A stretch of 64,000 bases of DNA from Octopus bimaculoides (GCF_001194135.2 NC_068985.1:92660375-92724374); one strand, 5' to 3'; positions 24,663-40,039 are shown, counted from the first letter of the stretch. The notes: generated by a model not told the origin, from the sequence alone. Numbers and translations are program-made.

Positions 24663-25939
24663 GTACTGCACTTTTATCAGACTATTCACCTACTTCAAGT
24701 CTGCCCTTGTTATGATTAAGGTTACACTTCACTAAGCATCTTCCATCTGTCCTTAACTAAAAGCTACTTCAATATATCACTAACTCTACTTAAAGAACTA
24801 ATTATCGCACCTGGCTAACAAAACTCACAACTGGAAAGGCAACCATATTTTCTAAATATCCACCATAAATCTACTAGTCAGATAGCGGTAATGAACAGCG
24901 AGTTTCTCAGGAAAAAAAAAAGAGGAGGCGGGACTAGTTTGAAATAGGGGAAAATGTAAAGAAAAGAAAACTTCACCTATTTGAAATTGTTAATTTTGCA
25001 TCATCAGAAAAGGTTTGAAGATATTTTAAGCTATATTAAGAAATTAGCTTTAGTGACTAATATTAAATTCAACTTTTATTTTTCTAAACAATCTGTTTTG
25101 TTTTCAAATTACCATGCTAAAAACAGAAAGAATGCATTGATGTTGGAAAGAAGTAAAAAAACAAAGAAAGAAAATGTGTTGGAAACAAAGCAAAAGTGTT
25201 ATAAATATTTCTTCTGACCGTATGATATAAATATCCGGCAAGTAAACTGAAATATTGGCATTGGGTTCAATAAAATATCATGGATGATGTCATTCTAGTT
25301 GAATAGTTAATGTGCTTGGCTTTGGGAAGAAAAAAGCATGAATTTAGTCCAGTCACTTTCAAGTCCAATTTACTTCAATTTTTATGAGTGCTTAAAAGCA
25401 AAATCTATTATATCAACGTCTTCGAGGATTTATTCTCTCATTCTTTTTTCTATTTTTTGTAATGTTCAATTTGCCAATTTTATTTTTATATATTTTGTTT
25501 TTTCCAATGAATTGATAAAATGAAAGATAAGCTAAATGCATAACCAGAGAAGATCATCATGAAATAGAATAATTGTTTTGTAATTAGTGTTAGAATATTT
25601 TAATATGACTCTGCTGGTTTTTGCATATTAAAAATGGGTTATCTAAATTAGTACTTATTTTTTAAAATTTCAATTGTAATGGGAAACATATGGTGAAATT
25701 ATTTTCTTTCATTCTTACATATGAATTCTCAGGAATAAACTGCAGGGCATATTGACTAATCATCCTCCTCTCTTTTTGCATATTCTCTTCTCTTTCTCTG
25801 TTCTTTTACTCATTTCTGTCTTTACACTTTAAACATTGCTTATGCACCACCTTCAAAGGTTTTAGCAGCTTAAATTAACTTCAAGACTACTTAGTCTGCT
25901 ATTTTTTTTATTGAATATCTTTATTTAATGCACTCATAC

Positions 25940-26330
<391 letters not shown>

Positions 26331-26355
26331 GTGGCCAGACATGTATCTGTATGAC

Positions 26356-26447
26356 TCTATGGTAAAAGACACACTAAACATGCCTTACGGGTTGGGTTGA
26401 ACACAAAACTATATGGTCGAAAAACAAACTTCTTAACCACATAGCAA
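26356..26447 (-). mobile_element. Degenerate family A SINE head
   Basis: CTATGGTAAAAGACAC...GGGTTGAAC...TATGG...AAACTTCTTAACCACATAGC parallels 7520-7612. Confidence 0.55.
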
Positions 26448-27427
26448 TATTCGTGTTCCTCCTTTACAGCGTTTCTTAAATTTCCACTAATTCCAGTATT
26501 TTATGTGAAAATTCACCTTGCTCTTTAACAATTAAATAGCAAGGATATTTGGCTTTTTGTAGTGTTCAGCTTAGCATTTAAGCAAATTCACCTTACCTAA
26601 TTGCTGTACCTAACATAGCGCTCAAACTCATTAACAAGTGTATGTGCATACATGCATGCATTTGCAGTAACTTACAAATCTAACATTGCTATTTTCCTCT
26701 CGTCATGTGGTATTGTTGATGCAGTTCTGTGTTTGACAGTAAGAACTAATGTCATTTATAACTCTAATGCCCTCCATTATCTGTTCCCTCCCCCACCTCT
26801 TCCTCACACATTAACTGATTATGATATACTTGACTATCTCATGCTTATATTGAATATTTCTCTGGAAAGACATGGAAACAAGTGTGTTGTGTTCTTACAC
26901 ATATAAAGTGAAACATTTGTTGGTACTGAACTTCACACACAAGAAAATTGATTTTTAACTAATTAGTCTATGGAATTATACATAAACTTTGATGGACTTA
27001 TTTCTATAATAATGTCTTCAAACTAATTCTTTTATTAGGTGCTGTCTAGTTCTGTCTTGCTTATATATGTGTATATAAATGTATACATATCTGAATGTTG
27101 TTAAACTAATCTTAAATTTCATTATTTTCCTTCATACAAACCTCTATAAGAATAGTTTTTTTTTTTTTCAACATATGTACTGCATGGTTTAATTGTTACT
27201 ATGTATTTGGAGAGACATCAGATGAAGATGGACACAATTTCTAAATACATTTATTACTACACTGAAGAATCTTAGACAACCAGTTAACTTTATTTTGTGT
27301 CTGTTTATGATGTAGATCAAGACTATTGGTTATTTGCAAGTTTTTTTTTTTTTACCTTTAACAATGTTTAAATATTTCTAGTTGTCTCAATAACTAGTAT
27401 ATTGATACAGATGATCATTGTTTTTAT

Positions 27428-27744
27428 ACCAACATTCGAGCGTGGTTGTTGCCAGAACCACCTGACTGGCTCCTGTGCTGGTGGCATGTAAAAAGCACCT
27501 TTTTGAATGTGGTCATTCCCAGTACCACCTGACTGGCCCTCATGCTGCTGGCGTGTAATAAGCACCCACTACACTCTCAGAGTGGTTGGCGTTAGGAAGG
27601 GCATCCAGCTGTAGAAACTCTGCCAGATCAGATTGAGCCTGGAGCAACCTTCTGGGTCACCAGTCCTCAGTCAAACCATCCAACCCATGCCAGCATGGAA
27701 AGCGGACGTTAAACAACGATGCTGATGACGATGATGATGATGAC
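27428..27744 (+). mobile_element. RTE-type LINE 3' UTR/tail (family D) with two 67-bp tandem units and (GAT)n end
   Basis: Repeat units at 27442 and 27509; the same units occur next to an RTE-like C-terminus at 58545-58857. Confidence 0.85.
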
Positions 27745-27811
27745 TATTATAATCCTTATGTATATTTTCTGCCGGATGTATTTCTTGTCAGTTCTTGTTG
27801 TTCTTATTTAA

Positions 27812-28028
27812 CTGTTTTACATTGAGACTTGCCATATCATACCCTAATATTCTACCTGTTTTATGTTCAAACTGGCCACACTCAGCTTCTCATACCGAGC
27901 CTACCATTTCACTAAAAAAATAAGCAATTACATTGAAATTATAAAGCTATGAGATTGTGCATGATTAATTCAAAACAATGTGAATAAATAAGGATTACAT
28001 TTGACAGAATAATCTGAATGCTAAAGGG
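27812..28028. mobile_element. Probable piggyBac-type MITE
   Basis: TTAA flanks at 27808-27811 and 28029-28032; right end AATGCTAAAGGG; left end is a degenerate 8/12 match. Confidence 0.5.
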
Positions 28029-31000
28029 TTAATCCAATTGCAATAATCTGCCTTCAAGGTCTTGTGTAAATTAAACCTGCTCTTCAGCATAAGACTGTTG
28101 TAGTTCAAATTCTGGAAGTGTCTAGTGTTTATTTTCCCCATGTTTTTTGGGGGTTTTTTTTACGTTCAAGAGAATCTTTATTTCTGTCCACTTCATACCT
28201 CCCTGATGTTTATATTGGGATAGGTTGGTTGTTTCCAATTTCTGATTCATCATATTTAGAGATATTGTAAGCAAGGCATTGCTTTAAGAACAGGAGAAAT
28301 AATCTGACTAAAGAATGGGTAGCAACCCAAGTAGTTCTGTTTGGTTCTGAATGAAATGACTTACATGGTCAGCATACTAATTAGATCTCTTACATCAGAT
28401 CTTGTCCTTTTTGTTATAATTCTAAAATTCTATCAGCTTACTTTGCAGAATCCTAAGATATTCCATATACACATAATTGGTTTATAAATTTATACCTTCA
28501 CCTTTTGTGCATCATTCAAGATATTGATATTTCATGTTTCATTTGTTTGTTTTTCTTTTCTTTTGCTACATAATTTAATAGGTGCTAGGACAAAAGGCAT
28601 AGTTATATGCAATGTTTGATGTGACTTATTCTGTTTAAAGTGCATGGGCATTTTGTAATATATTTGAAGCAAGCCCAATAAATTTCAAACCGTCATCACT
28701 TTTCAGTCTGTTTCATGCTCTATTTTACCTTTGGGTATTTACTTTTGTCATGAACAAAGTACATTCAAGGTTTCTTTCATCTCAAAGTTGACTTTGATAT
28801 GGATTTGACTATGTCTATTTGTTTCTGCTTATGTGGAATGAAGAGATTTTGAACATGATTTAGCACCAGTTCTTCTGTGATTATTTGGTAGTTGCCAAAA
28901 AATAAAGCATCACTTTTATTACAGAGTTCGAAAGTGTCTTTTAAAAAGCAAAATTATGGTTAAGTATTATTAGTTGTACATTAGGTAATATGTAAATTCT
29001 TCGTACAGCTAACTCATGGCTAAATTCTTGTTTTCAATTCTAATAATTTGCCACACACTTCAAATGTACTTAGGAAAAGAATGGGCTATACAGCTCAAAT
29101 TTCATACCCACTATGTAAATTAATTGATAAAAACCTATTATGAAAATTCAAGCAATTGACATTTATAAATTAAATATTGATTGATGATAGAGTAATATTG
29201 TGAATGAAGATGAGAAAAAGATAAATATAAATCTTATATGAGATAAAAGTAGAATGAATGAATTTTAATGCTAAGTTGAAATTAGATTGAGAAAAGGAAA
29301 AGAAAACAATTAAAAAAATAAAACATCTCTTAATTGTTTAGTGTGTTGTTTATGTATGTAATTCTATGAATCCACTTGACAGATAAATTACTTAAGTTGT
29401 TGAATTGTGACATCCTATGAATACATGACTACTTGACCTCTACTTGATGGCAAGTTATTCTTTTAGAACATGTTTTAGCAATAGCAGGTTTGAATCTTTT
29501 CATATCCTTACATATTCAATTCTATTCAAATTGTTCTTCAGTTTTCATTCTCTTGACTTTTGAATAAAACTATGTATGAAATGTTCAAAGGACTTTTAGC
29601 ATATTTTGTATCGAATATGACTTCTATAAATTAGAAAATATTAATGATGAAAAAACAAAGAACAGAATAGATATTTTCCCTTTTAGTTTTCTTTTTCAAC
29701 TTTAGAATATTCCAAATCTGAAATTAATTAAATGCATATATAATCACTCTATAACCAAGTTAATATTTATTAAGTTAATTTAAATTCACTCATGTATATG
29801 AAAATATTACACTTGAAGCAGACAGTATCTCATATTAGTATGTAAATCTAAATAAAAAATAAATGTATGTAGGGCAGGCTTCATAATCGTTTAAAATTCA
29901 TTGTGAGAGACTTATCCCTCAGTTAAGCCTGATGTATAATGCATAAGATGTCATATTCTTGAAACCATCTTTTTTGGTAACTTACTTTGTAAACTGTAAC
30001 CCATGTATGCTAGGTGTAAAGTATCAAACAATTATTGAAAGATGTCTACACTTTGTATCGTTTCATTAGTTTTATTTAATGACTGGTGCAAAAGCACATA
30101 TCTCAACCAAATTCTGAGTAACTTTGTAACATTGTGAATATTTCATTGGAATGCAGTGCTAAATTTGATTCTTCTTGAACTGAAGATTTTGGTCTTGTGA
30201 TGAGATACCAATGATCAGCATATATTTATCTGAAACCTATGAGTTGGAAATTCCAGTCTCTATGATCACTTGTATGCTATTGTGTGGATGAAGTGAATAT
30301 AATAAAACATGGAGTTTCATAATTTCTTAACATTCATAGATATTTTTCAGAAAGTAGTATGTTGTTGATTTGTAAAGCTTTAAATATTTGAATACCTGTA
30401 TCTTCTATTAAAAACCTTAACCATATCATACTGATTTCCTTAAGTGCTGTACTAGTCTTATGCATAGTTTCTATCTGCTTGTCTTTTATTAATAGTTGTG
30501 ATTTATATTTGCCTTCTTTTGAAAAATAATTTTCTATGATGATAAATTGGCTCTGATTTTGACAATTTTTCTTTTCCTAATAGCTTATAAATAATTTGTG
30601 TCTATGTATGTGGAGCACAAAAAATTAATGTCGATAGCAATTTGCTTCTATTTATTATTTTGCTAACTATCCTCTCAAATCACATTGGTAATTCACTCAT
30701 TTTCATTAATTAAAAACTTGGATGTCAAATTTAAAACAATTTTCCTTTTTTTAATATTTTTATTGTAATGAAATAAGAAGACTATTTGATATGATTTCAT
30801 CTTTGGTAATTTCGTAATTGAAATTCATGTAAAATTAAATTTTAGTTTAATATTTTTTTATTTCATTTTTCATAATTGAAAATCTTATTTTCTTCAAATA
30901 TTGGAATACTAAATTTATGACTGCTATAATCTGTAGAATCTAGTCACATATATTTTCTAGCAGCTTTTAGTATTCTTCATTTTCTCTAAAATTATGTTTC

Positions 31001-31373
31001 AGCCAAATGAAGACCATATATTTTTTCAGCCTACTCCCAAAATGTGATACCTTTAAAAGTATATTCTTTGTTTATTCCTTAAATGTATTTCAATATTTAA
31101 AAGGGTCAATTTACCTCTTACTTTTGTAACACTGCTGGCCTTTATTTTGTTCACCAGAAAATGTACAGGATGGATACTTTTTAACCTATCAATATGATAT
31201 ATTATTAATTCACTTGTTAATTGCCACTCGATTAGAAGATTCTCCAGCAACTGTATGATATAAATAAAGAGTTTGTAGCAAAACATTTCAATCTAGAAAA
31301 TATTTCTGACATTTTGATAATTTGTTCGAAAAAAAAGTGATGGGTTACTAATTAACACTGGCTTTATTTTCAG

Positions 31374-31395
31374 AACCACAGTCAACCTCTTTTAT
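31374..31395 (+). other. Candidate 22-nt microexon
   Basis: ctaat branch-like motif, gctttattttcag acceptor, TAT|gttagt donor. Confidence 0.22.
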
Positions 31396-31629
31396 GTTAG
31401 TATCTCATTCCAGTGTAGAAAAAAAAAACATTTATGGTTTGTAAATTTTAGTGAGTTCTTATACATTTGGAATTTTGTACCATATTTCACAACAACTTTG
31501 CTCTGTAACTAATTTTTAAATCGTTTCAATACACAGTTCTCTGTATGGTTCTAGGTAATGCTGCTTAGAGATTAGGCATTATTCACAGCAGACAAATAGA
31601 ATATTCATCTAAGGGAGTTTGTAATTAAC

Positions 31630-31738
31630 ATGTATACAAGATTGATAGAAAACATGAAGCCAAAATTAAGAAAGAAATTAAACGATCCAGAGATACAACT
31701 AGAAAAGAAATACGTTCTTGAGGGAAGAAAATGTTCAG
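31630..31738 (+). CDS. Candidate coding exon end (MYTRLIENMKPKLRKKLNDPEIQLEKKYVLEGRKCS), product unknown
   Basis: Purine-rich open frame ending at CAG|gtaatt; acceptor ambiguous. Confidence 0.18.
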
Positions 31739-31894
31739 GTAATTTTTGCATGGTTACAACTTGGAGAGTTTTAGGCAGCTAGTCAAACTATATATTTCTT
31801 TTTTCCACTACAAGATTTACTTACTTAACCTCTCACTAACCATATACAAGAATGCATAATCTTCAATATTGCAAATCCATCACATGTCCCATTT

Positions 31895-32286
31895 AATTTG
31901 ACTGTGGCCATGCCGGAGCACCGCCTTTAGTCGAGTAAATCAACCCCAGAGCTTATTCTTTATAAGCCTAGTACTTGTTTTATCAGTCTCTTTTGCTGAA
32001 CCACTAAGTGACAGGGATGTAAACACACCAGCATCAGTTGTCAAACAATGGTGAGGGGACAAACACAGAAACACAGACACACAAACACACATACATATAT
32101 ATATATATATATACATATATACGACGGGCTTCTTTCAGTTTCCATCTACCAAATCCACTTGCAAGGCTTTGGTCGACATGAGGCTATAGCAGAAGACACT
32201 TGCCCAAGGTGCCACGCAATAAGCCTGAACCCAGGACCATGTGGTTGGTAAGCAAGCTACTTACCAGACAACCACTCCTGCACCTA
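31895..32286 (-). mobile_element. Full-length composite SINE (A head + linker + B tail)
   Basis: Colinear with 7244-7622. Confidence 0.92.
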
Positions 32287-34767
32287 CCTTATTTCTTTTA
32301 ACTTGTAATTATGTAATTTAATTGCACTACCTTAAAATATTGTACATTTTGTGGAATTGAAGTTATAAGCAAAATACAGCACTGCTGTACAATTATTCCA
32401 CTAACTTCACTAATCCCCTAAAAACTTAGCTTTAAATCCATTATTTTCCTTCTTATTCAAATATCAAACTACTCAAAATACAACTAAGCATCACATCTAA
32501 CAAAATGGTTATACTACACACATTGAGATGCACACAGTGAAAACACCAGGAATTACATAGAACACCTTTACTGCATTTATTAGTACCCAAAGAAGCACTA
32601 ATCAAGAAAGCTAAACATATTCATGAAGGACACTTTGAGCATCCACAGGTACAACAATTTGCTCAACACAGAAAAATAACTCTTGTGTAAGAACAGCATA
32701 TTGGAGTCACTAAGACGATGCCAATCCTGTCTGGATAGCAAACATTTCCTCACATCTATAAAGAATCAAAAACAGAAATCTCATCATCAACTGCTGCACA
32801 TAAATGGCCCATGCAGATCACCAATATAATAAAATGAAGATAATCCCCAAAACCACCTGGATATTTGCTGCCTGTCCTTGTCAGTACATGTACAATCATA
32901 CTTAGGTATATCTTCGTTTCCTGAACGTGATTGTGACATCTTAAAATCTTCTCTTTCCGTTCATTCTATTCACCTTAAAGAGCATGCAAGCATGTGCGTA
33001 TGCACGCATACACACAATAGCAACAGCATCAATACACTCATTAGACCCATACACTGTGCTGGGATTCATATAATGTGTGTTAAACTAGTTAAGAGTTATT
33101 TTCTGCCCCTATGTTTCCTGTTTCTGTTGTGGCCTCCACCAAAACCTACAGGAATTGAAAAATAGATTGGGAATTGGAAAACAAGCAACATGTAAAAATG
33201 CTACACTCCTCACCATACATTAAATCTGTGCATGCTGGAGTGCACAATATTGTTCTTCATAATGTACATCAGGAACACTATCTGTGATTATCATAGTTAT
33301 TTGACCCACACTCTGTGTGGCATGCATCTGCTCAACTTCCACCACCACAACTTTGCATTTTTTTCTATATCTTGAAGTATATTCTGATTTTCTATTTTCC
33401 ATTTTTTTCTCTCCTTCTCTAAATATTAACAAAACTAACCTTTGATATGCAACTAGAGATATCAGCAGTTTAGTAATATCATGATTATGAGAACATAACA
33501 TAACAAAAAAAAAATGATAGAAAATATAGTTGATAGAAGACACTTAACAACATTGGGATTTATGGAAGAGATAACATTAGATGAAGATGCATAGAGATGT
33601 AGTGCATTACAGACTCATCTAGCTCAGACATAAATGCAATTATATATAATAATATACATTTGTAAACAGCAATTAGAGGGTGAAACATTACGACAAATCC
33701 ACTGATGTGATCAAACCAAATATCCATTGCAGTAATTTATAAATTGTGAGTGTCTTCATATGTGTTCCTTTGAAAATATTTGGTCTCATTTTGGGTAAAA
33801 TTAAGAATGAATGTTGGTTTACTTGTCTCTATGGTAAATAGGTCAATTATTTGGAAATCATTTTGGTTTGCTTTGGTTTGTAAATGGTCGATTGCAAAGG
33901 AGGGAACATTTAGCCTATTGCCATGTTTATTATTTGTTTATTGGTATTTGATTATTCAAAGCTTGGAAAGCAAAGATATTTTCTATTTGAAGTGTATCTA
34001 AGAAACCTATTATCAGATGTAGTAATGACAGTTACGTATGAATCCATTTGGATAGCTTCATATTTAGTTATTTGCAATACTAATAATGACACAAATCACC
34101 AATATGACTTTTAATAAATTTATTGTTAGTAGTATCTGGATAGCAATTGATGTGTTTTAACTAAAGTGTAATATTTGACTATATCTATTGACTTAGATGT
34201 TACTTTTGTAAGTTTTGGGAGAACTGCATCTGTGGTTAAGTTTTGATTTCAAGTTAGAGCCATTCCTTTGAAAATTCTCTCAATATTGATGGAACTTTTT
34301 TAATTTTAGCCTTGAATTGTTTATGCTTTATTTTTATAATATTAAAAACAAAATTACAATAAAGGAAGATAAATAAAATAAAATATTCAAAAAAGCAAAT
34401 ATTTTAGAATATTCTATAACCTCTGAACTTCTTCCTAGTGAATTTTGTGAATTTTATCTACACTGTACTTTCTACTAGCCGTGAGGAAAAAATATTGTAG
34501 GCCTAAGGGAAAAAAATTTGCATAACCATGAACAGCATGTCGCTAAAATTATATTCTCTATCAATGTTAGATCTTGTAAAACAGAATAAATAACATTTTA
34601 TAGTGATCCAATATTTGTATCTAGTCAATACTGCATCACAAAAGCAGGGATTCTGTTTCAGAATATGTCAGACCTTAACTGTTGCATATCTTTTAAAATG
34701 TACAAATATGAACCACTTAAAATTAGTTACACATTCTAGCCACTTAACCATCATATATATATATATA

Positions 34768-34777
34768 NNNNNNNNNN
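34768..34777. other. Assembly gap (10 N) within a TA-rich stretch
   Basis: Run of N. Confidence 1.
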
Positions 34778-37162
34778 TTTAACTTGTATATATATATATA
34801 TATATATAAAAAATGTTCCAGGTAGCATTATTTGAAAATTTGTCTCATGAGCTGTTTGGAGGCTGATGATTTGGTGTGGCTGAGAGGATAGTCAGCATGT
34901 TTTCCAGCAGTACTTTATGGCAAGTGTTTGCCCAGAAACATACACATATGGATAGAAAGTGAGAGAGAAAGAGACATTACAAACACCTCCTCTCTCCTTA
35001 TAAGTATGGAGAAATATGCTCCCACACATAAACAGAAGGACATAGAGTGACATTACACTTTATCAATGGAACATAATTAAAATACACACTTTCTATCTCT
35101 TCATACACATAGAGAAATGTGCTGGGAGAGAGAAAGCGAGGGTGGTGGGTGTCAGTATGGTATCAGTGACACCAAACAGGCAGTGCCAAAATGGCCCTAC
35201 CATTGGCTTACATTCCCCTCAATATGACCCCAGGCATTCACACATTACTTGTCACTACAGTCATCTTTGCTGCTTATTTGAACTCAATTATATTTTGTTT
35301 CACATTCAACAACTTGTACCAAATATTTTGTCTAAACCTTTTTCTACAGCTACTCCTTGTCAGAATGCTCCCACACCCCAGTATTACAAATAACTTGCTA
35401 TCATTCAAACTAATCATTAACTACTCTGTCGCCACCTATCCCTTACTGAGGTAAATTAAAAGGTGAATGAACTAACAACCAAACTGAAAGATCAAGATAA
35501 AACATATAAACATGCTGAGGTAGAGTCTGAGAAAATATTTTAGCTATGTTTTCATGATATAGCTTTGTGTTTTTATTAATTGTTTTTCAGCAGTTTCTGA
35601 AAAGAAATTTTCAATTAGTGTTACTCATTTTTATAAATAACGATATCTTCTAATTCCTACTTTTTTTTTTTTTCTTAGCTTTTATTTTATTGTTTGCATC
35701 TCATTTTGAGGCTAGTATTTGTCTGCTAAAATGCACTCGGCTGCAATAAGCTATATCATATTAGTTAAAGTGTATGCCAGTTGTCATTCTATATGGTTTC
35801 TCAATAAACCTCCAAGCAAGTTCAAGAAGTTACCAGTTCTTAGATTTTATCTTCATCACTACCAACCATTGTGAAATTCCAATAAATCCATGATTTTGGT
35901 ATTGATTCAATTCTGTCAGTATGTCTGTATTCCTTGTGGCATGCTACATATTTGTATATTAGATTACAGGTAGATTACAGGTATTTTGAGTCCAACAAAG
36001 TAATTGTTATTTGTATTTTCATTTTTACTTGGATACTGTCTAGTAAATTGTTTATTGATCTTTCATCCCCTCACGTACTGATCTAACTATATAATAGTTA
36101 CTGAATATATCTCACTGCTCTGATATTTACATGGGAAATGTAGTAAGTTTCACAGTGAATCTTTTCAAGTGAACGCACTTAGCTGATTCATATTTACTGC
36201 ACAGACTGACTCTTTGGAGCCAAGTAATAGAACTCTTCCTAAATGTATATCGATCTTACTGACTTAATAGCAACACTGGTAATAACAGCAACAGTACGAA
36301 TAACAACAATATTATTATTCTGTGATAGAGTATGTCGGCTGTTGAGGTTTTGTCAATTAATTCTCCATGAAAATAGATTATTTTAGATACTCAAAGCCTT
36401 CAGTAGTCTGGAAATCTACATCTGATCTATTGATCTAATTTTTATCAATAATTATTTCAATACTAAAAAGGAAATATGTAAGCTGGAAGTTATTTCATCA
36501 ACAACATCATCACTATTACTGCAAATAGTGTAGTTGTTACTTCTATTAAAATATGGCCCATGGGTTACATATTCAAAGACTGTTATAAACATCACAAGTC
36601 CTTGAGGTAGGACTTTTGCTCTACTTCTTTCAGGTTATATATCATTGAAAGAGATACTAACTCTATTTCAAAGCATTCTAGCTTGTTCTAAGAACTCTGT
36701 GTAGCAATAAAACATCTGCTGAAAGATCATGTGAATGTACACAGGACTGTGTTAAAATGTAAGACTAGGCATTGGTATGAAGTATCAGAAAGCTGACATA
36801 TTTTTGTGTATGCAGTAAATATAATTAATTACAGGCATATTAATGAAATAAGTGTTCTCAAAGTAGACTGCCTTCTTGCCATCTGAATACGTTTATGAAT
36901 AGCCACCTTGATTGCACATGTCTGCAGAAATTAAAAATAGAAGAAAATATTGCTTCTTTATAAGTTTCAAAAAGATTATAAATTGGCTTAAATTTTCTGT
37001 TAATAGCATTTAATTCTAGAGTGTTTGACTAATTAAAATTTTATATTTCTTAAATAGGAAAGTGCAAGGAAAAAAAAAGAAAATAATTTACATATTATCA
37101 TGTCTGTGTGCATGTGCTTATGCCTCTGTGTGTGTATGATTGATGACAGCAATTTTACTTAG

Positions 37163-37165
<3 letters not shown>

Positions 37166-37203
<38 letters not shown>
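37166..37203. repeat. (TA)n microsatellite
   Basis: Direct reading. Confidence 0.97.
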
Positions 37204-37206
<3 letters not shown>

Positions 37207-39312
37207 TGCACACACATTCCAATAGCTAATGTATTTAGTATGAAAACTTCAAAGCGAATTAATGCCTATGATATGTATAGGTGTATATTTATAATTTTTA
37301 TATTGAAATTTTCAAGTTTATTTTTTCAATGCTAGCATGGATTCATTGATACTTCTCCTTCTTGCCTAATCTGTTTCAGCTATAAATATTTTCGACTGAC
37401 TACAAACAAATTTGTCTCCCACCATTACTTATGTATTCATATGATATCTTCATATCTATACATCTACTACTCTTCTACATATTGGTTAATGCCGCTTATA
37501 TCTCTTCATATTCTTATCTCATTGGTGCTCAGTCTTGATACTTTTTTTTTGTAGTTTACCATTGCAAATCCAACATTTGATACTCGGTACAGTCTCTCTA
37601 GCTATTGCATATTTTTTTAATACTCTTTCATGATGCCTCAATGTCAGAAAATCAGTACACATCTTACATACAGTTCATATAATCTTCCTTGTGGCTGCTG
37701 AATTATAACCATATTTGCCAAACAAAGTAACAGGTAAAATAACTTTTACCACAAACAACTGCAGTATTAATCACTTTACCTAAGCAGCTGAACTTGCCTT
37801 TGGCATCATGGACAAATGGTTCCTGCAAAAATTCATTGTCTTTTATGTACTCAAAGCATACACTGAACAGCCAACATTGAATTCTTGCAGATACCCTTTT
37901 TATAGAAATAGCATGATGGATTTCTTTATTACAGGAGACTTGTTTTTGTCTGCTGTGTGGTGATGGTAGTCTTTGTCTTATTCACCAACTTTTCTATTTA
38001 TTGTGTAATGGCACTGTTACCATCTCTGTGTAGAAATGTCCATAGAAATCTGGTCTTAATATCTGCATAATTGTGTTAAGAAATATATTGAGAATAGGAT
38101 TGCTGGGGATGAAGATTTTGTGTACAGTAGAGTGCTTCATCCCATACTTCTTGGTCTTTCTAACGAATTGCAAGCCATTTACCAAGTCTTCATGTAAGCA
38201 TTTAAAAATTAAAAAAAAGAAATTGTTCGCATTTCTGAATTTGTGAATCCCATTTGATTTCTGTCATTTTATTTTAGTGAAATAAACTGAGAAAATAATG
38301 ACAAGTGCTATAGAATAATTAAAATGAGAATAAAGGTGAATAGCATTCACAAAGATCATAAAAAGTGTCTCATGATACTGCAATCAGGTAGACAAATCAA
38401 AGGTTAGATCCATAATGCTATGTGTCTTTTCATGTCTTGAGGTCTGAATATCTAATTCAGTTTGCTTTTTGATGAAAATAAATACAAACACTTGCTTTTT
38501 ATTTTAATTATATCGTGACCAAATCACTATGGTACTGTAATACTTTTTGTGTACATTAATGAAAATGTTTTATATTTGTGAAATCCTCCCTTGGATTGGT
38601 GCCTTTAGTGATGTGTTTCTAGTGAGGTCAGAAGTAAAAACGGATGCTGCTGTGTGATAATTGATAGAGGTGGCAACATTTTGATAGTGATTTGAACATT
38701 TCCGGTGTGTGAAATGTCTGCTTCCCATTACTGGAATAGTTCTTCTGTTCCATTACAATTAATTACAAACCATTAGTTTAAAGATTCAATTTTTTTTTAA
38801 ATAATTAATTTTCAACTTTATTCACGCATTTTTCTCTTTTATTCTCATTCTTGTGGTTAAAAGTAATCAAATTCTCAAGACTCAGTTTGTATGTGTGTTG
38901 ACAGAACAGAAAGAAAACCATTTTATGTGTTTATTCAGTTTTTTTTCTGGAAATCTTAATCATTTTTTTCTCCCTTCCACATAATGTTTGACATTATCTG
39001 ATAAGATAATAGCTATTGCTCATCCAGCATGATGCAAATGTAATGAATGCATATGTGGTATTGTGGAAGGGAGAGGGAAAGAAAAGTGACAAGCAGCTTC
39101 TAGTTAAATAATTCCAATGTATAATCTTTGCTGTTACAATTGTGGAATACACGTGTCTTACAATGAGATAGAAATAGTGGTAGAAAAAGAGATAGCTTTA
39201 TGAAAATTGCTTAATCCTTAAAGTTTTCAACACTTAATGATGTAAATCTAACCTAGAGATTAAGTTGACTGTATTCACTACTAAAAGTGCTGTTAATTTT
39301 TTAAAATTTCAT

Positions 39313-39835
39313 GTGCAGGTGTGGCTGTGTGGTAAGTAGCTTCCTTACCAACCACATGGTAAAAGGTTCAGTCCCACTGTGTGGCATCTTGGGCAAGTGT
39401 CTTTTGCTATAGCGTCGGTCCAGCCAAAGCCTTATGAGTGGATTTGGTAGATGGAAACTGAAAGAAGCTCATTATATATATGTTCAGGCTATATTATTAG
39501 CATTATCCTGCGTTTGAGAATTTAAAATCACTTCTTTAACTTTCTAAGACATCTCAACGCTTTTAAAAGCAAACTTCGTTTGTTTGTTTACATTCATCGT
39601 AATTTTAATTTAATATATATATATGTGTGTGTGTGTGTTTGTGTGTTTGTCCCCCCAACATTGCTTGACAACCGATGCTGGTGTGTTTACATCCCTGTAC
39701 CTTAGCGGTTCAGCAAAAGAGACTGATAGAATAAGTACTAGCCTTACAAAGAATAAGTCCAGGGATCAATTTGCTCGACTAAAGGTGGTGCTCCAGCATG
39801 GCTGCAGTCAAATGACTGAAACAAGGAAAAGAAGA
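39313..39835 (+). mobile_element. Composite SINE with an insertion of about 131 bp (39481-39611) in its TA linker
   Basis: Head and tail match 60439-60814; extra unrelated sequence sits between TA runs. Confidence 0.9.
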
Positions 39836-40039
39836 AAGGCTTTGGAAGCAGAGCTATCATTGATTTACATCTTAAATTATTCTTGTGACTCCCTGCAAGA
39901 GAAGTGGGTGAACATATGACAGGCTTCCTTTTATTACCTGTATTTTTAGTTGGAGACAGGTATAAAGTTCTGTATCACCAAACACTTCCTTAGCATCAAA
40001 GTGACAAAAATATTAATTCATTAGCAAGCCAGCAAATGA

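Noticed and set aside
29644-29721. Box C (ATGATGA) ... box D (CTGA) spacing of a C/D snoRNA
   Set aside because: No convincing terminal stem, internal boxes or recognisable rRNA guide; expected by chance in AT-rich DNA
39313-39400. tRNA gene-like A/B boxes (also in the other SINE heads)
   Set aside because: No cloverleaf can be drawn, and each continues into a SINE body
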